Source of the DNA: Gammaproteobacteria bacterium
GTDB taxonomy: Bacteria; Pseudomonadota; Gammaproteobacteria; Steroidobacterales; GCA-2729495
Length of the DNA: 64,000 bases
Reading direction: 5' to 3'
Assembly: GCA_030746435.1 (NCBI GenBank)
Contig: JASLMV010000015.1
Location: 124-64,123, forward strand
Shown: positions 45,292 to 61,064 of the stretch, one piece after another
How positions within the stretch are numbered: position 1 is the stretch's first letter
Layout of the letters: each line of letters opens with the position of its first letter
Program-made: the position numbers and the translations under genes
Notes under the pieces: model-generated
Seen by the model: the letters and a program-made list of their open reading frames with translations, nothing else
What the model was told of the DNA's origin: nothing
Database searches by the model: none

Positions 45292-45789
45292 TCAGTTAAA
45301 GCTGGGGTCTCGGGTTTCTACCTGTGTTCTGAGCCGATCCATGATGCCCAGCACCAGCGGCCAGAAAAGCGCACCGCAAAGTACGCGCGACCAACGGGAA
45401 AAGCCGCCCGGGTCCAGCCCCGCCAGCCCTTCGATCATGAACCGGAGGAAGGCTTCAATCGCCAGCAGCGCAAACACGGTCATCGTCAGCTGCCAGAGCG
45501 GAAAAATCCGGATCTGCAGGTGAAAGCGGAGCGTGAGGTATATGACAACGCTCAGGGTCAGTGCGTTCTGGCCCAGTAACTGGCCATGCAGAATGTCGAG
45601 GCAGATCCCCATGATGAATGCCGTGCCCAGGCCAAAGCGCTGTGGCCACATCATCGCCCAATAGATCAGCACCATGGCCGGTAACGGTGGCCGCACCGGT
45701 TGCAGCGCAACGGGCAGGGGTACAACTTCCAGCGCAACAGCCGCCACGAAAGCAACAAATACAGGCCACACTCTGACCCGCCTTGCCAT
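45292..45789 (-). CDS. mreD: Rod shape-determining protein MreD
   Basis: 165-aa polytopic membrane protein directly after mreC. Confidence 0.85.
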   Translation of the reverse strand: MARRVRVWPVFVAFVAAVALEVVPLPVALQPVRPPLPAMVLIYWAMMWPQRFGLGTAFIMGICLDILHGQLLGQNALTLSVVIYLTLRFHLQIRIFPLWQLTMTVFALLAIEAFLRFMIEGLAGLDPGGFSRWSRVLCGALFWPLVLGIMDRLRTQVETRDPSFN

Positions 45790-46739
45790 TAGCCGGATTC
45801 CCCGTCGGCGGCTTCTGCTTCGACTGGCGGCTCGGGTGCCGAATCCGCCGCCGGCTCATCGGCCACCCGGGTGCTTTCCGGGTCTGCGAACGGGTCACGT
45901 CCGCCGGGCCTGATTAACAGTACTTCTCGAATCCTGTTCAGCGCTGCGGCGGGTTCCGCGTCGATTTCAAGGAAGGGTTGCCCCGTAACCTTACGCACAT
46001 CACGCACGACGCCGACCGGATACCCGGGTGGAAAAGTACCGCCCAGTCCGGAACTCACGAGCAGGTCACCGACTTGCACGTCTGCGTTGAGGGGCAGAAA
46101 CGGCAGTGACAGCCGGTCCAGTTCTCCCGTGCCAACAGCAATCGTCCGCAGTCGGTTGCGTGCAAGTTCGACGGGCAACGCGTGATCCACATCGGTAACG
46201 AGCATCGCTTCGGCACTGTAGTGCCTGTCGCGGGTAATCTGGCCGACGATGCCGTCCGCATCGATAAGCGCCTGTCCGATATAAACACCGTCGCTGCCGC
46301 CCTTGTTGATTACAAGCATGTTCCGGAACGGATTCATATCCACCGAGACGATTTCGGCAATCAGTATTTCATCGCCAACGATTACGGTTGAATCCAGTAA
46401 CGCCCTGAGCCTGGCATTTTCCGCTTCGAGTGCGGCCATCCGCTGCAGCCGCGCACTGCGGATCAGGGCTTCCTGCCGCAGTCGCTTGTTGTCTTCCTGC
46501 AGCTGCGTGCGTGTTGCCAGTGACTCGGAGACAGAGTTACTGATATCGAAGGGTGCGCTGACCAGCAGCTGCACGGGATAAAGGGCGACGGAAAGTGCCT
46601 TGCGCACACCGACGAGGTGCTCGTTACGATGATCCAGCACCATCAGGGTGATCGACAGTATGCAAAGTAATATGAGACGCAGGCCGGGGCTCGCGGTGCG
46701 AAAACTCCCCGGCTCACGTTCCACGGTGGTCAGCGCCAT
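45789..46739 (-). CDS. mreC: Rod shape-determining protein MreC
   Basis: N-terminal TM helix, a coiled coil (ENARLRALL) and beta-rich domains (G.P.G.PVG.V). Pro/Glu-rich tail. Confidence 0.9.
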   Translation of the reverse strand: MALTTVEREPGSFRTASPGLRLILLCILSITLMVLDHRNEHLVGVRKALSVALYPVQLLVSAPFDISNSVSESLATRTQLQEDNKRLRQEALIRSARLQRMAALEAENARLRALLDSTVIVGDEILIAEIVSVDMNPFRNMLVINKGGSDGVYIGQALIDADGIVGQITRDRHYSAEAMLVTDVDHALPVELARNRLRTIAVGTGELDRLSLPFLPLNADVQVGDLLVSSGLGGTFPPGYPVGVVRDVRKVTGQPFLEIDAEPAAALNRIREVLLIRPGGRDPFADPESTRVADEPAADSAPEPPVEAEAADGESG

Positions 46740-46953
46740 GACCTGAGCCGTTCCAACAACAACAATCCGCCCATGATGGGACAGCGGCCATTAAGTATCA
46801 ATGGTTTCCGCGACATTGCTCTCCCGGAGTGCAAAAAGCCGCGCTTATCAGCGTGCCCGGCTCGTTGTCTTTATTAGGGAATTAGTGGAAAAAGCGATTG
46901 TTCACGCGCGGCCAAGGCCGCGCGCTGCAACAGGCTTACAACCTGCCGCAGGC

Positions 46954-48021
<1,068 letters not shown>

Positions 48022-48175
48022 CTAAAGTGGAGCGTACTCTAGCAACGAGGGGGATTTTGGGCAACCGCGGGTGTATGATTACGCGCCCTTTGAGTGCCGG
48101 GCCTGCATCCGTCGCTGCTAATCTGTGGCAGCAACGCCGCCGGACTTGTGACAGCTAAACGCAGAACTCTGAATC

Positions 48176-48463
48176 GTGGCTCTATCCAAATCAGACATTG
48201 AATATATAGCTCAACTTGCGATGCTGAATATCGCCGAAGCCGATGTGCCTGATTACCAGGAGAAGCTGGGCAAGATCATCGATTTCATCGATGAACTGGG
48301 CAAGGCAGATACCAAAGATGTAGTGCCCATGGCGCATCCGCTCGATATGAGCCAGAGGCTGCGGCCGGATGTGGTTGCCGAAAGCGACCAGCGTGACTAT
48401 TACCAGCAGAACGCGGAGGCAACCGCCGGCGGGCTGTACATAGTTCCGAAGGTCATCGAGTAA
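48176..48463 (+). CDS. gatC: Asp/Glu-tRNA(Asn/Gln) amidotransferase subunit C
   Basis: GTG start. 95 aa. ...IAQLA.L...E..... precedes gatA. Confidence 0.9.
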   Translation: MALSKSDIEYIAQLAMLNIAEADVPDYQEKLGKIIDFIDELGKADTKDVVPMAHPLDMSQRLRPDVVAESDQRDYYQQNAEATAGGLYIVPKVIE

Positions 48464-48492
48464 GCGGATTCCTTAGCTGTGGTTGATACCTG

Positions 48493-49956
48493 ATGCCTGA
48501 GCAACGCCAAACCATCGCTGCACTGTCCCGCCTGCTTGGGGCAGGCAAGGCCAGCAGCCGTGAATTGGTGCAGGCCAGCCTGGACCGCATCGAGGAGCAG
48601 GATAAAGAGCTGAACTCCTTCGTTACGGTTACGCCAGAGCAGGCGCTCGCGGCGGCGGATGCTGCCGATGCGGCGCGCACCCAGGGAACGGCAGGCCCGC
48701 TGACGGGTGTGCCGATGGCGCACAAAGATATTTTTTGCACTGCAGGTATTACAACGACCTGCGCTTCGCACATGCTCGAAAATTTTGTATCGCCTTACGA
48801 TGCGACAGTAGTAGAACGGCTGGCAGATGCCGGCATGGTCTCGGTCGGCAAGACCAATATGGACGAGTTCGCAATGGGCTCGTCGAGCGAGACGAGCTAT
48901 TTTGGTGCTGTAAAAAACCCATGGGATACGGCGCGCTCGCCGGGCGGGTCATCCGGCGGGTCGGCTGCCGCGGTAGCTGCGGGCCTTGTGCCCATGGCGA
49001 CAGGTACCGATACGGGTGGCTCCGTGCGCCAGCCGGCGGCACTGTCCGGTGTCACGGGCTTCAAACCCACGTATGGCCGGGTATCGCGCTATGGCATCGT
49101 TGCATTTGCGTCCAGCCTGGACCAGGCGGGCGTCCTTGCCTTAAGTGCCGAAGATACGGCCCTCGTGATGCAGGTGATTGCCGGTTTCGATGCCCGCGAT
49201 TCCACCTGTTCGCCGGCAGAAGTGCCCGACTACGCGGCGGAACTGGATGCGCCTCTGAAGGGTAAAACAATCGGTATTCCGAAAGAATATTTTGATGCCG
49301 GGCTCGATTCCGCTTGCGGGGATGCGGTCCATGCCGCACTGGAAGTCTTTAAGCAGCAGGGTGCGAAACTGCGCGATGTCAGTTTGCCGAATCTGTCACT
49401 CGCCGTGCCGACGTATTACGTCGTTTGCCCTGCCGAGGCATCGTCGAACCTGTCCCGCTACGACGGTGTGCGTTTCGGCCATCGCAGCGAGGACGCTGAC
49501 GATATAGAAAGCCTTTTCAGGAACAGCCGTACCGAAGGTTTCGGTGACGAGGTAAAGCGGCGCATCATGACCGGTACCTACGTGTTATCGGCAGGATATT
49601 ACGATGCGTATTACCTGCAGGCACAAAAAGTCAGGCAACTGATCAGCGACGACATGCAGCGCTGTTTTGACGAGGTAGACATCATCGCCGGACCTACGAC
49701 GCCGACACCCGCGTTTCGGCTTGGCGAGAAAATAGATGATCCCGTGCAGATGTACCTGAACGATATCTATACGGTGTCGGTAAACCTCGCTGGTCTGCCG
49801 GGTATTTCGATTCCCTGCGGCAGCGTGGATGGTTTGCCCGTCGGTCTGCAACTGGTCGGGCCGCATTTTTCCGAAGCCCGTGTGCTGAACTTTGCCCACC
49901 GTTATCAACAGGAAACCGACTGGCACGAGCAGGCGCCAGGCGAAGGGCAAGGCTGA
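48493..49956 (+). CDS. gatA: Asp/Glu-tRNA(Asn/Gln) amidotransferase subunit A
   Basis: Amidase signature [14 protein letters not shown] and the KD(I)F block. Confidence 0.95.
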   Translation: MPEQRQTIAALSRLLGAGKASSRELVQASLDRIEEQDKELNSFVTVTPEQALAAADAADAARTQGTAGPLTGVPMAHKDIFCTAGITTTCASHMLENFVSPYDATVVERLADAGMVSVGKTNMDEFAMGSSSETSYFGAVKNPWDTARSPGGSSGGSAAAVAAGLVPMATGTDTGGSVRQPAALSGVTGFKPTYGRVSRYGIVAFASSLDQAGVLALSAEDTALVMQVIAGFDARDSTCSPAEVPDYAAELDAPLKGKTIGIPKEYFDAGLDSACGDAVHAALEVFKQQGAKLRDVSLPNLSLAVPTYYVVCPAEASSNLSRYDGVRFGHRSEDADDIESLFRNSRTEGFGDEVKRRIMTGTYVLSAGYYDAYYLQAQKVRQLISDDMQRCFDEVDIIAGPTTPTPAFRLGEKIDDPVQMYLNDIYTVSVNLAGLPGISIPCGSVDGLPVGLQLVGPHFSEARVLNFAHRYQQETDWHEQAPGEGQG

Positions 49957-49958
49957 AC

Positions 49959-51392
49959 ATGGAGTGGGAAACCGTCATCGGCCTGGAAATCCATTGCCAG
50001 CTTGCGACCAACAGTAAAATATTCGGGAGCGCAAGTACCGCCTACGGCGCGGAACCTAATACCCAGGCCTGCCTCGTAACGCTCGGCTACCCTGGCGTGT
50101 TGCCGGTGTTAAACGGCGAGGTGGTGGTGATGGCGGCACGCTTCGGGATCGCGATCGATGCGACGATCGCCCCACGTTCGGTATTTGCCCGTAAAAACTA
50201 TTTCTATCCGGATTTGCCGAAGGGTTACCAGATCAGTCAGTTCGAATTGCCGATCGTGCACGACGGGCACATCACGCTGACGCTCGACGATGGTTCCGAA
50301 AAGCGTGTAGGCATTACGCGTGCGCACCTCGAGGAAGATGCCGGTAAATCATTGCATGAAAATATGGACGGCAAAACCGGTATCGACCTGAACCGCGCCG
50401 GTACACCCCTGCTCGAGATCGTGTCCGAGCCGGAACTGAGTTCGGCACGGGAAGCCGTCAACTACATGCGGCGTATCCACCAGCTCGTGCGCTATTTAGG
50501 GATATCGGACGGCAACATGCAGGAAGGCTCATTCCGCTGTGATGCGAATATTTCCGTGCGCCCGAAGGGTCAGCAGGAACTCGGCACGCGTACCGAACTG
50601 AAAAACCTCAACTCCTTCCGCTTTGTCGAAAAAGCGATCGACTTCGAGATCGAGCGCCAGGTCGAGGTGCTCGAGGACGGCGGTGAAGTGGTCCAGGAAA
50701 CGCGTCTGTACGATGCGGACCGGGACGAAACCCGCGCGATGCGCGGCAAGGAAGAGGCCAACGACTACCGCTACTTCCCGGATCCGGATTTACTGCCGGT
50801 TGAGCTGGATGAGGCATTTATCGTGGGCGTGCGGGAAGCCATGCCTGAGCTGCCGCGCGCGAAAGCTGCACGCTTTGCCGCGGACTACGGCCTGAAGCAG
50901 GCAGACATAGATCTGCTGACTGCCTCGCGTGACACAGCCGACTACTTCGAAGCGGTCGCGGCCAGCATCGAAGACAAACGCCTCGCGGCAAACTGGGTAG
51001 CCGGTGAACTAAGCGCCGCCCTGAACCGTGCCGGGCTGGATATTGCCGCCAGTAAAATAGGTGCGAGTTCGTTGGCGGGGCTATTGCAGCGGATCGAGGA
51101 CAACACCATTTCCGGCAAGATCGCCAAGGAAGTATTCGCGGCCATGTGGGATGAGGGTGCTGAGGCCAACGCGATTATCGAAAGCCGCGGGCTTGAACAG
51201 ATTACCGATAGCGGTGAGCTCGAAACCATGGTCGACCAGGTAATCGCAGACAACCCGGAGCAGGTGGAACAGTTCCGGGGCGGTAAAGAGAAGGTGCTCG
51301 GCTTCCTGGTCGGCCAGGTCATGAAAGCGACCCAGGGCAAAGCCAATCCGGCTAAAGTTAACGAGATACTGCGCGCGAAGCTTGGAAGCTGA
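49959..51392 (+). CDS. gatB: Asp/Glu-tRNA(Asn/Gln) amidotransferase subunit B
   Basis: WE.VIGLE.H.QL, NRAG.PL.EIVSEP blocks and a C-terminal YqeY-like tail. Confidence 0.95.
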   Translation: MEWETVIGLEIHCQLATNSKIFGSASTAYGAEPNTQACLVTLGYPGVLPVLNGEVVVMAARFGIAIDATIAPRSVFARKNYFYPDLPKGYQISQFELPIVHDGHITLTLDDGSEKRVGITRAHLEEDAGKSLHENMDGKTGIDLNRAGTPLLEIVSEPELSSAREAVNYMRRIHQLVRYLGISDGNMQEGSFRCDANISVRPKGQQELGTRTELKNLNSFRFVEKAIDFEIERQVEVLEDGGEVVQETRLYDADRDETRAMRGKEEANDYRYFPDPDLLPVELDEAFIVGVREAMPELPRAKAARFAADYGLKQADIDLLTASRDTADYFEAVAASIEDKRLAANWVAGELSAALNRAGLDIAASKIGASSLAGLLQRIEDNTISGKIAKEVFAAMWDEGAEANAIIESRGLEQITDSGELETMVDQVIADNPEQVEQFRGGKEKVLGFLVGQVMKATQGKANPAKVNEILRAKLGS

Positions 51393-51404
51393 GGACCGGA
51401 GGCG

Positions 51405-52274
51405 ATGGACACCGCTGACTCCCTGCGAAGGTTCGTATTCGAGAAGGAAGAGATACGCGGCAGCATCGTGCGTCTGGATAAGACCTGGCAGCAACTGGCG
51501 GCAGCCGACAATTATCCGCCCAAGGTCCGGCCGATGCTCGGTGAAGCGCTGGCCGCAACGGCGCTGCTTGGGCGCAACCTCAAGTTTGATGGCAACCTGA
51601 CCCTGCAGATTCAGGGCGGAGTACACGTGCGCCTCCTTGTCCTGCAGTGTGACAATGACCTGCGCATGCGCGGCCTGGCACAATTCGGCGATGATTTACC
51701 CGATTCTTTTACCGAACTCGTGGATGGCAGCTCACTGTGCGTCACGGTCGAGACCACGTCGCACGAATCGAAGCGCTATCAAAGCATCGTGCCTTTATCC
51801 GAGGTCAGCCTTGCGGAGAGCCTGGGGCATTACTACCGTCAGTCGGTGCAACTGCCTACATTTTTTATGCTTGCTGCCGACGAGCAGCGTGCCGCCGGAC
51901 TGATGTTGCAGGTGATGCCCGAGCGCAAGGGCGGCAGCGGCCGATGGAAACGCCTGGTAGCGGACCTCGAGGGCCTGGACGTTTCCCGTATCAGCCAGCT
52001 GGACGAGTCGGTACTGCTTAGCGCAATGTTTCCCGAAGACGATATCCGCCTCTTCAACTCCGAGCCGGTTTGTTTTCATTGCGACTGTTCGGAAGAACGG
52101 ATAGAAGCCATGCTGCAACTTCTGGGTGCCGATGAGCTGGATGAGCTGCTCAACAGTCAGAATCCCGTCGAAATATGCTGTGAATTTTGCAACGCAAAAT
52201 ACCTGTTCCCCGGTGAGCGAATTCAGCGCATCAGGGCTGAGGTTATGGCAACCGCCGGAAAACCTCTGCACTAG
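51405..52274 (+). CDS. hslO: Redox-regulated chaperone Hsp33
   Basis: C-terminal zinc centre CHCDCS...CEFCNAKYLF. N-terminal ...RFVFE...RG..VRL. Confidence 0.9.
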   Translation: MDTADSLRRFVFEKEEIRGSIVRLDKTWQQLAAADNYPPKVRPMLGEALAATALLGRNLKFDGNLTLQIQGGVHVRLLVLQCDNDLRMRGLAQFGDDLPDSFTELVDGSSLCVTVETTSHESKRYQSIVPLSEVSLAESLGHYYRQSVQLPTFFMLAADEQRAAGLMLQVMPERKGGSGRWKRLVADLEGLDVSRISQLDESVLLSAMFPEDDIRLFNSEPVCFHCDCSEERIEAMLQLLGADELDELLNSQNPVEICCEFCNAKYLFPGERIQRIRAEVMATAGKPLH

Positions 52275-52321
52275 GGAACGGCAGCTTTCCTGAGCCCGCG
52301 CAGCATAAGCGCCCTATGCCC

Positions 52322-52350
52322 TTTACAAATATAAAGAAATCTTTATATTT
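52322..52350 (+). promoter_or_regulatory. Sigma70-like promoter overlapped by a perfect 11-2-11 palindrome (candidate SahR operator)
   Basis: TTTACA (52322-27), 16 nt, then TATATT (52344-49). Palindrome AAATATAAAGA-aa-TCTTTATATTT at 52327-52350. The sahR ATG is at 52357. Confidence 0.5.
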
Positions 52351-52356
52351 CCCTGC

Positions 52357-53274
52357 ATGGACCTGGATGACTCCGTCAATTCGCTGAAAGCCGCATCGGA
52401 CCCCACCCGGCTGCGTTTACTTGCCTTGCTGGCTGCGGGTGAGTCGATGGTGGGCGAGTTGCAGGAAGTGCTCGACCAGAGCCAGCCCCGGGTATCGCGT
52501 CACCTGCGCATCCTGGCCGAAGGCGGACTCGCCGACAGTTTCAGGGACGGCCAGAACGTCTACTACTGCCTTCCCGCTGACCCTTCAGCACGGGCATTTG
52601 TGTCGGTACTTATCGGTCGCATGCCGGTGGATGAGCCGGTGCTGGCTGCGGACCGCGACAGGATGGCCGGCGTTCGCCGGAAACGGGCGCGGAGTGCATG
52701 GTCCGGCAAAGATGCACTGCTTGCGACCGCACCGCGTGACCCCGCTGACGGCGGACGAGTCGACGGCCTTGCCGATGCACTGGCGGAACTGCCGGATCAT
52801 CTCGGCGACGTGCTGGATATCGGTTCGGGCACGGGCACGGTGCTATGCCAACTCGCCCAGCGGGCAGACCGCGTAACCGGTGTGGATATTTCGCCGGCCA
52901 TGCGTGTCGTTGCCCGGACCCGGGTCCGCGAAGCGGGATTCAGTAACTGCACCCTCAGGCAGGGTGACATGCATGACTTGCCACTCGACGACGACAGCTT
53001 CGATACCGTGTTACTCGATCAGGTACTGAGCCTGACCGATCGTCCCCGGCCTGCGATCCGCGAAGCCGCACGGGTACTTAAACCTGACGGTTTGATGCTG
53101 ATCCTCGATCGAATTGGCATGGCCGGCAGTACCCAGGCTATCGAAGGGCTGGCCGAAAACCAGCTTGCCGTAATGCTGGCCGAGTCCGGCCTGCGTTTGC
53201 ATAAGCGCCGCGAATTGCCCGGGCGGCTGCCCGGTTTTGCGTTGTTGTCCGCCGTGACGACCAACGAACTTTGA
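52357..53274 (+). CDS. sahR: ArsR-type wHTH fused to a SAM-methyltransferase-like domain (SahR-type regulator of methionine metabolism)
   Basis: N-terminal ASDPTRLRLLALLA...VGELQEVL.QSQP.VSRHL..L. C-terminal VLDIGSGTG Rossmann motif. Heads the metF-metH cluster. Confidence 0.6.
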   Translation: MDLDDSVNSLKAASDPTRLRLLALLAAGESMVGELQEVLDQSQPRVSRHLRILAEGGLADSFRDGQNVYYCLPADPSARAFVSVLIGRMPVDEPVLAADRDRMAGVRRKRARSAWSGKDALLATAPRDPADGGRVDGLADALAELPDHLGDVLDIGSGTGTVLCQLAQRADRVTGVDISPAMRVVARTRVREAGFSNCTLRQGDMHDLPLDDDSFDTVLLDQVLSLTDRPRPAIREAARVLKPDGLMLILDRIGMAGSTQAIEGLAENQLAVMLAESGLRLHKRRELPGRLPGFALLSAVTTNEL

Positions 53275-57880
<4,606 letters not shown>

Positions 57881-57884
57881 GCCT

Positions 57885-59324
57885 TTACCTGGAGCCTGCT
57901 TTACCGCCGTTCAGTTCGAATGCAGGCTTGTCGACATAGGCCAGCGTCTGGGTTGCGAAGCGCCCGAATACTTTCTCATTAACAGGCCGGTCCGGCAGCA
58001 GCCCCGTGATGTCATGGGCGTTGATGTATTCCCACAGCACTTTGCCGCTCGCGAGATCGATCTCGAACGCACGGCCCTGCCGCGTGAGCGACACGAGCGC
58101 GCGCGTGTTATCGGCGTTAAGGGCAATATGCCCGGCCGTTGCCGACAGGAAGTCGATATCGCCAGGCGTGTTTTCGCCCGGGAAAATCACCTCGACGCTG
58201 TCGTCCCGCATATCCAGTTTGATGATCTGCGAACCGCCCTGGCGGATATTCCCGCCGAGGTTATCGAAGATCAGTAACTGGTCGTTACCGATATACCTTT
58301 GACTGTGTTGCTGCACCGCGCGCCCGGTAGACAGCCATTTAACCCGATGTGTTTCACCGTCGAGCACCGCGACCGCATTCGTGCTGCGCAGTGAAATCAG
58401 CAAATCGCCTTCGTTCAGCAGCGTTGAATCCGCCGCCTGCTCTGCGGAGATGACCCGAACATCATTAATGTGCGTCGGGTCGCATTCGCTGTCGACCAGC
58501 GGCAACTCCCAGTCGGGGTGTTTGTGTTCGAACAGGGCTCCGCTATACCCGGATTTAACGAAAGACTCGAAAATCGGGATTGAATCGATCTCGTTGCCAT
58601 TCGCGTCGAGCACCAGTATTACGTCCTCGTGCAGCTTGCCTTTCGGGCAACTCATCTGCAGGTGGCTTTCGCCCAACTGGTAGGGGATTTGTACCGCGCG
58701 AAACGCCGGCACGTAAACAGATCCGCCGTCGTCTACGGTGAACCAGTGATGCGCGAAGTTCTCCTTCTTCCAGAGTAGCTTCGAGTCCTTGTCGAACCGG
58801 GCAATGCCCAGCCCGTAAGGAAAAGTATTGCGGCCCTGGTAAACGACCAGCAGTCCGCCGTCTTCGTACAGGTGTGCGCCCACGGAATAGGCGTTTTCGG
58901 CCAGATCCATGCCTGCGACCTGCTCCAGGTCGCCCCAGATAAGCTCCGGGCCAATGTCCCAGGTATGGGCGATCGTTCCCCGGCGGTCGATGAGCCAGGC
59001 GATACAGCCATGATCCGGGCAGTGTGAGCGCAACTGGTTGTTGCCGCCGTCGACGAATATGTATCCGTCTCCCGGGCTTTCACCATCCGTATGTGCAATG
59101 ACTGTCGGTGCCTGGAAAGTATCGTCTATTACTTCGAGGCTCGGCAGTTTCTTGCCCTGTTGTTCGTCCTGGCGAATTTCTATCAAAGCGAGCAGCGCAT
59201 TTCCTGCATCGGTCAGAAAAGCATTGGGCCACAGGTTGAACTGCACTGTTGCTACGCCATAAATGAAAGCAATAAAACACAGGCTGATTACGAAAACGAT
59301 AGTCCCGGCTGTGTCTTTCTTCAT
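57885..59324 (-). CDS. Membrane-anchored beta-propeller protein, arylsulfotransferase (ASST)-like
   Basis: N-terminal TM helix. Repeated beta-strand blocks, DPTHINDV, LISLRSTNAVAVLD, GKVLWEY. ATG at 59324 with AAGGAA SD. The family call is from memory. Confidence 0.5.
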   Translation of the reverse strand: MKKDTAGTIVFVISLCFIAFIYGVATVQFNLWPNAFLTDAGNALLALIEIRQDEQQGKKLPSLEVIDDTFQAPTVIAHTDGESPGDGYIFVDGGNNQLRSHCPDHGCIAWLIDRRGTIAHTWDIGPELIWGDLEQVAGMDLAENAYSVGAHLYEDGGLLVVYQGRNTFPYGLGIARFDKDSKLLWKKENFAHHWFTVDDGGSVYVPAFRAVQIPYQLGESHLQMSCPKGKLHEDVILVLDANGNEIDSIPIFESFVKSGYSGALFEHKHPDWELPLVDSECDPTHINDVRVISAEQAADSTLLNEGDLLISLRSTNAVAVLDGETHRVKWLSTGRAVQQHSQRYIGNDQLLIFDNLGGNIRQGGSQIIKLDMRDDSVEVIFPGENTPGDIDFLSATAGHIALNADNTRALVSLTRQGRAFEIDLASGKVLWEYINAHDITGLLPDRPVNEKVFGRFATQTLAYVDKPAFELNGGKAGSR

Positions 59325-59350
59325 TCGGTTATTCCTTGGGCCTTGGTTTG

Positions 59351-60088
59351 CTACGTACAAACCGGACAATCATCGAGTTGCGGAATTGCTACTATCCGGC
59401 TGTTGCCGGATTTCGCATCGTACACCCAGAGTTTGCCTTCCAGACCTGATTCGATACCGGTCAAAAACTTCAGCGCTTCCGTTGCCATCATGCAACCGAT
59501 GGTTCCCGCTACGGGTCCCAGTATTCCCTGGCCGGCACAGTCATTCAGGTTCTCGTCTTCTTCCGAGTACAGGCAGCGGTAGCAGGGCCCATTGCCGAGG
59601 TCGTGCCGGAACAGGCTGAGCTGACCTTCGGTCCGGATTGCGGCACCGGTCACGAGCGCCGTCTTGTGCTCCGAGCACAGTTCGTTAATCAGCCAGCGGC
59701 TCTGAAAGTTATCGGTGCAGTCGAGCACGATGTCCGCCGCCGCCACCTGCTCGGCCAGGGCGTCGTGGTCCAGGCGTCCTCCAACAGCTTTCACCGTTAC
59801 ATGAGGATTCAGGACAGCAAGTCTGTCAGCCGCGACCTGCGCCTTCGGCCTGTCGATATCCCCATCGCTGTACAGCACCTGGCGCGGCAGGTTGGTCTGA
59901 TCAACGGTATCGAAATCGTTGATGACCAGCCGGCCGACACCGGCGGTCGCGAGATACAGCCCTGCAGCCGTTCCCAGCCCGCCCGCGCCGATCAGCAGGG
60001 CACACGAGTCTGCCAGTTTCTGCTGGCCGGCTTCACCCACTTCCGCGAGGCTGGCCTGCCGGCTGTAACGAATGTCCTTGCCGTTCAT
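59351..60088 (-). CDS. moeB: Molybdopterin-synthase adenylyltransferase (ThiF/MoeB family)
   Basis: RYSRQ...GQ.KL......IGAGGLG, D.V...NL.RQ, and two CxxC pairs (CYRC, CPVC). Downstream of prmC as in Pseudomonas. Confidence 0.8.
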   Translation of the reverse strand: MNGKDIRYSRQASLAEVGEAGQQKLADSCALLIGAGGLGTAAGLYLATAGVGRLVINDFDTVDQTNLPRQVLYSDGDIDRPKAQVAADRLAVLNPHVTVKAVGGRLDHDALAEQVAAADIVLDCTDNFQSRWLINELCSEHKTALVTGAAIRTEGQLSLFRHDLGNGPCYRCLYSEEDENLNDCAGQGILGPVAGTIGCMMATEALKFLTGIESGLEGKLWVYDAKSGNSRIVAIPQLDDCPVCT

Positions 60089-60104
60089 CTGGCGTTACCC
60101 ATCG

Positions 60105-60959
60105 TCACCCGAGGCGCCCTTCCGTCACCCGCTCGATGCCCGCGAGGTCTTTGTGACTCCGTATGGCATCGAAACCTGCATCTTTCATCAAACTGCAGAC
60201 GCTTTCCGCCTGACCGAGGCCGTGCTCCAGCAGCAGGTAACCGCCGGGCACGAGATGAGCGGGGCTGGCTGCAATAATCCTGCGTAGGTCATTCAGTCCG
60301 TCCGCGCCGCTGAATAATGCTTCGGCCGGTTCGAAGTCGGTTGCGCGATCCGTATCGTCGCCCGTCGCAACATAGGGCGGATTGCTTACGATCAGGTCGA
60401 ATTGCATGTCGATGAGAGCATCGAACCAGTCGCTGTGCACAAAATCTATGCGGCCGGGCACAAGCATGTTGCCATTTTCTGTTGCAATAGCGAGTGCGGC
60501 CCTGCTGATATCGGTCGCCGTGATTGTGCAATCGCCGCGCTCAGTCGCAATGGCAATAGCAATTGCGCCGCTGCCCGTGCCGAGGTCCAGTACACAACCT
60601 GGTTTGCTCTCAGGAAGGTGGGCCAGTGTGCGTTCGACCAGCAGCTCCGTTTCCGGGCGCGGAACCAGCACGTCACCCGAAACCTTCAGGGACAGTGACC
60701 AAAACTCCCGCCGGCCCGTTAGTTGCGCCACCGGCTGACCACTGCTGCGCGCGGCAATCAGGGCCATGAAGTTGCCTGAACAGGGTTCCGTCACCGGCTT
60801 GCCGGGGTCTGTATATATGGCGGCCCGGTTAAGCCCCAGCGCATGACCCAGCAGAATTTCGGCATCCAGACGCGGCGATTCACTGCCGCGCTCGAGCTGC
60901 TCACGGCCCCATGCGAGCAGTGTTTCGACTGTTTCCTGGTTGTGAATCCGGGGCTTCAA
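60105..60959 (-). CDS. prmC: Peptide chain release factor N5-glutamine methyltransferase
   Basis: VLDLGTGSGAIA SAM motif and NPPY catalytic motif. Confidence 0.9.
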   Translation of the reverse strand: MKPRIHNQETVETLLAWGREQLERGSESPRLDAEILLGHALGLNRAAIYTDPGKPVTEPCSGNFMALIAARSSGQPVAQLTGRREFWSLSLKVSGDVLVPRPETELLVERTLAHLPESKPGCVLDLGTGSGAIAIAIATERGDCTITATDISRAALAIATENGNMLVPGRIDFVHSDWFDALIDMQFDLIVSNPPYVATGDDTDRATDFEPAEALFSGADGLNDLRRIIAASPAHLVPGGYLLLEHGLGQAESVCSLMKDAGFDAIRSHKDLAGIERVTEGRLG

Positions 60960-61064
60960 GGTGTCCTGGTCCCTTTTTTTGTAAGCAGACTAATCTTATA
61001 GTAGCCCGCCCGTGGCGAGCAGGGTGGTTATTTCGACCACCCTGCCAGGTATTGGTACAGGATC

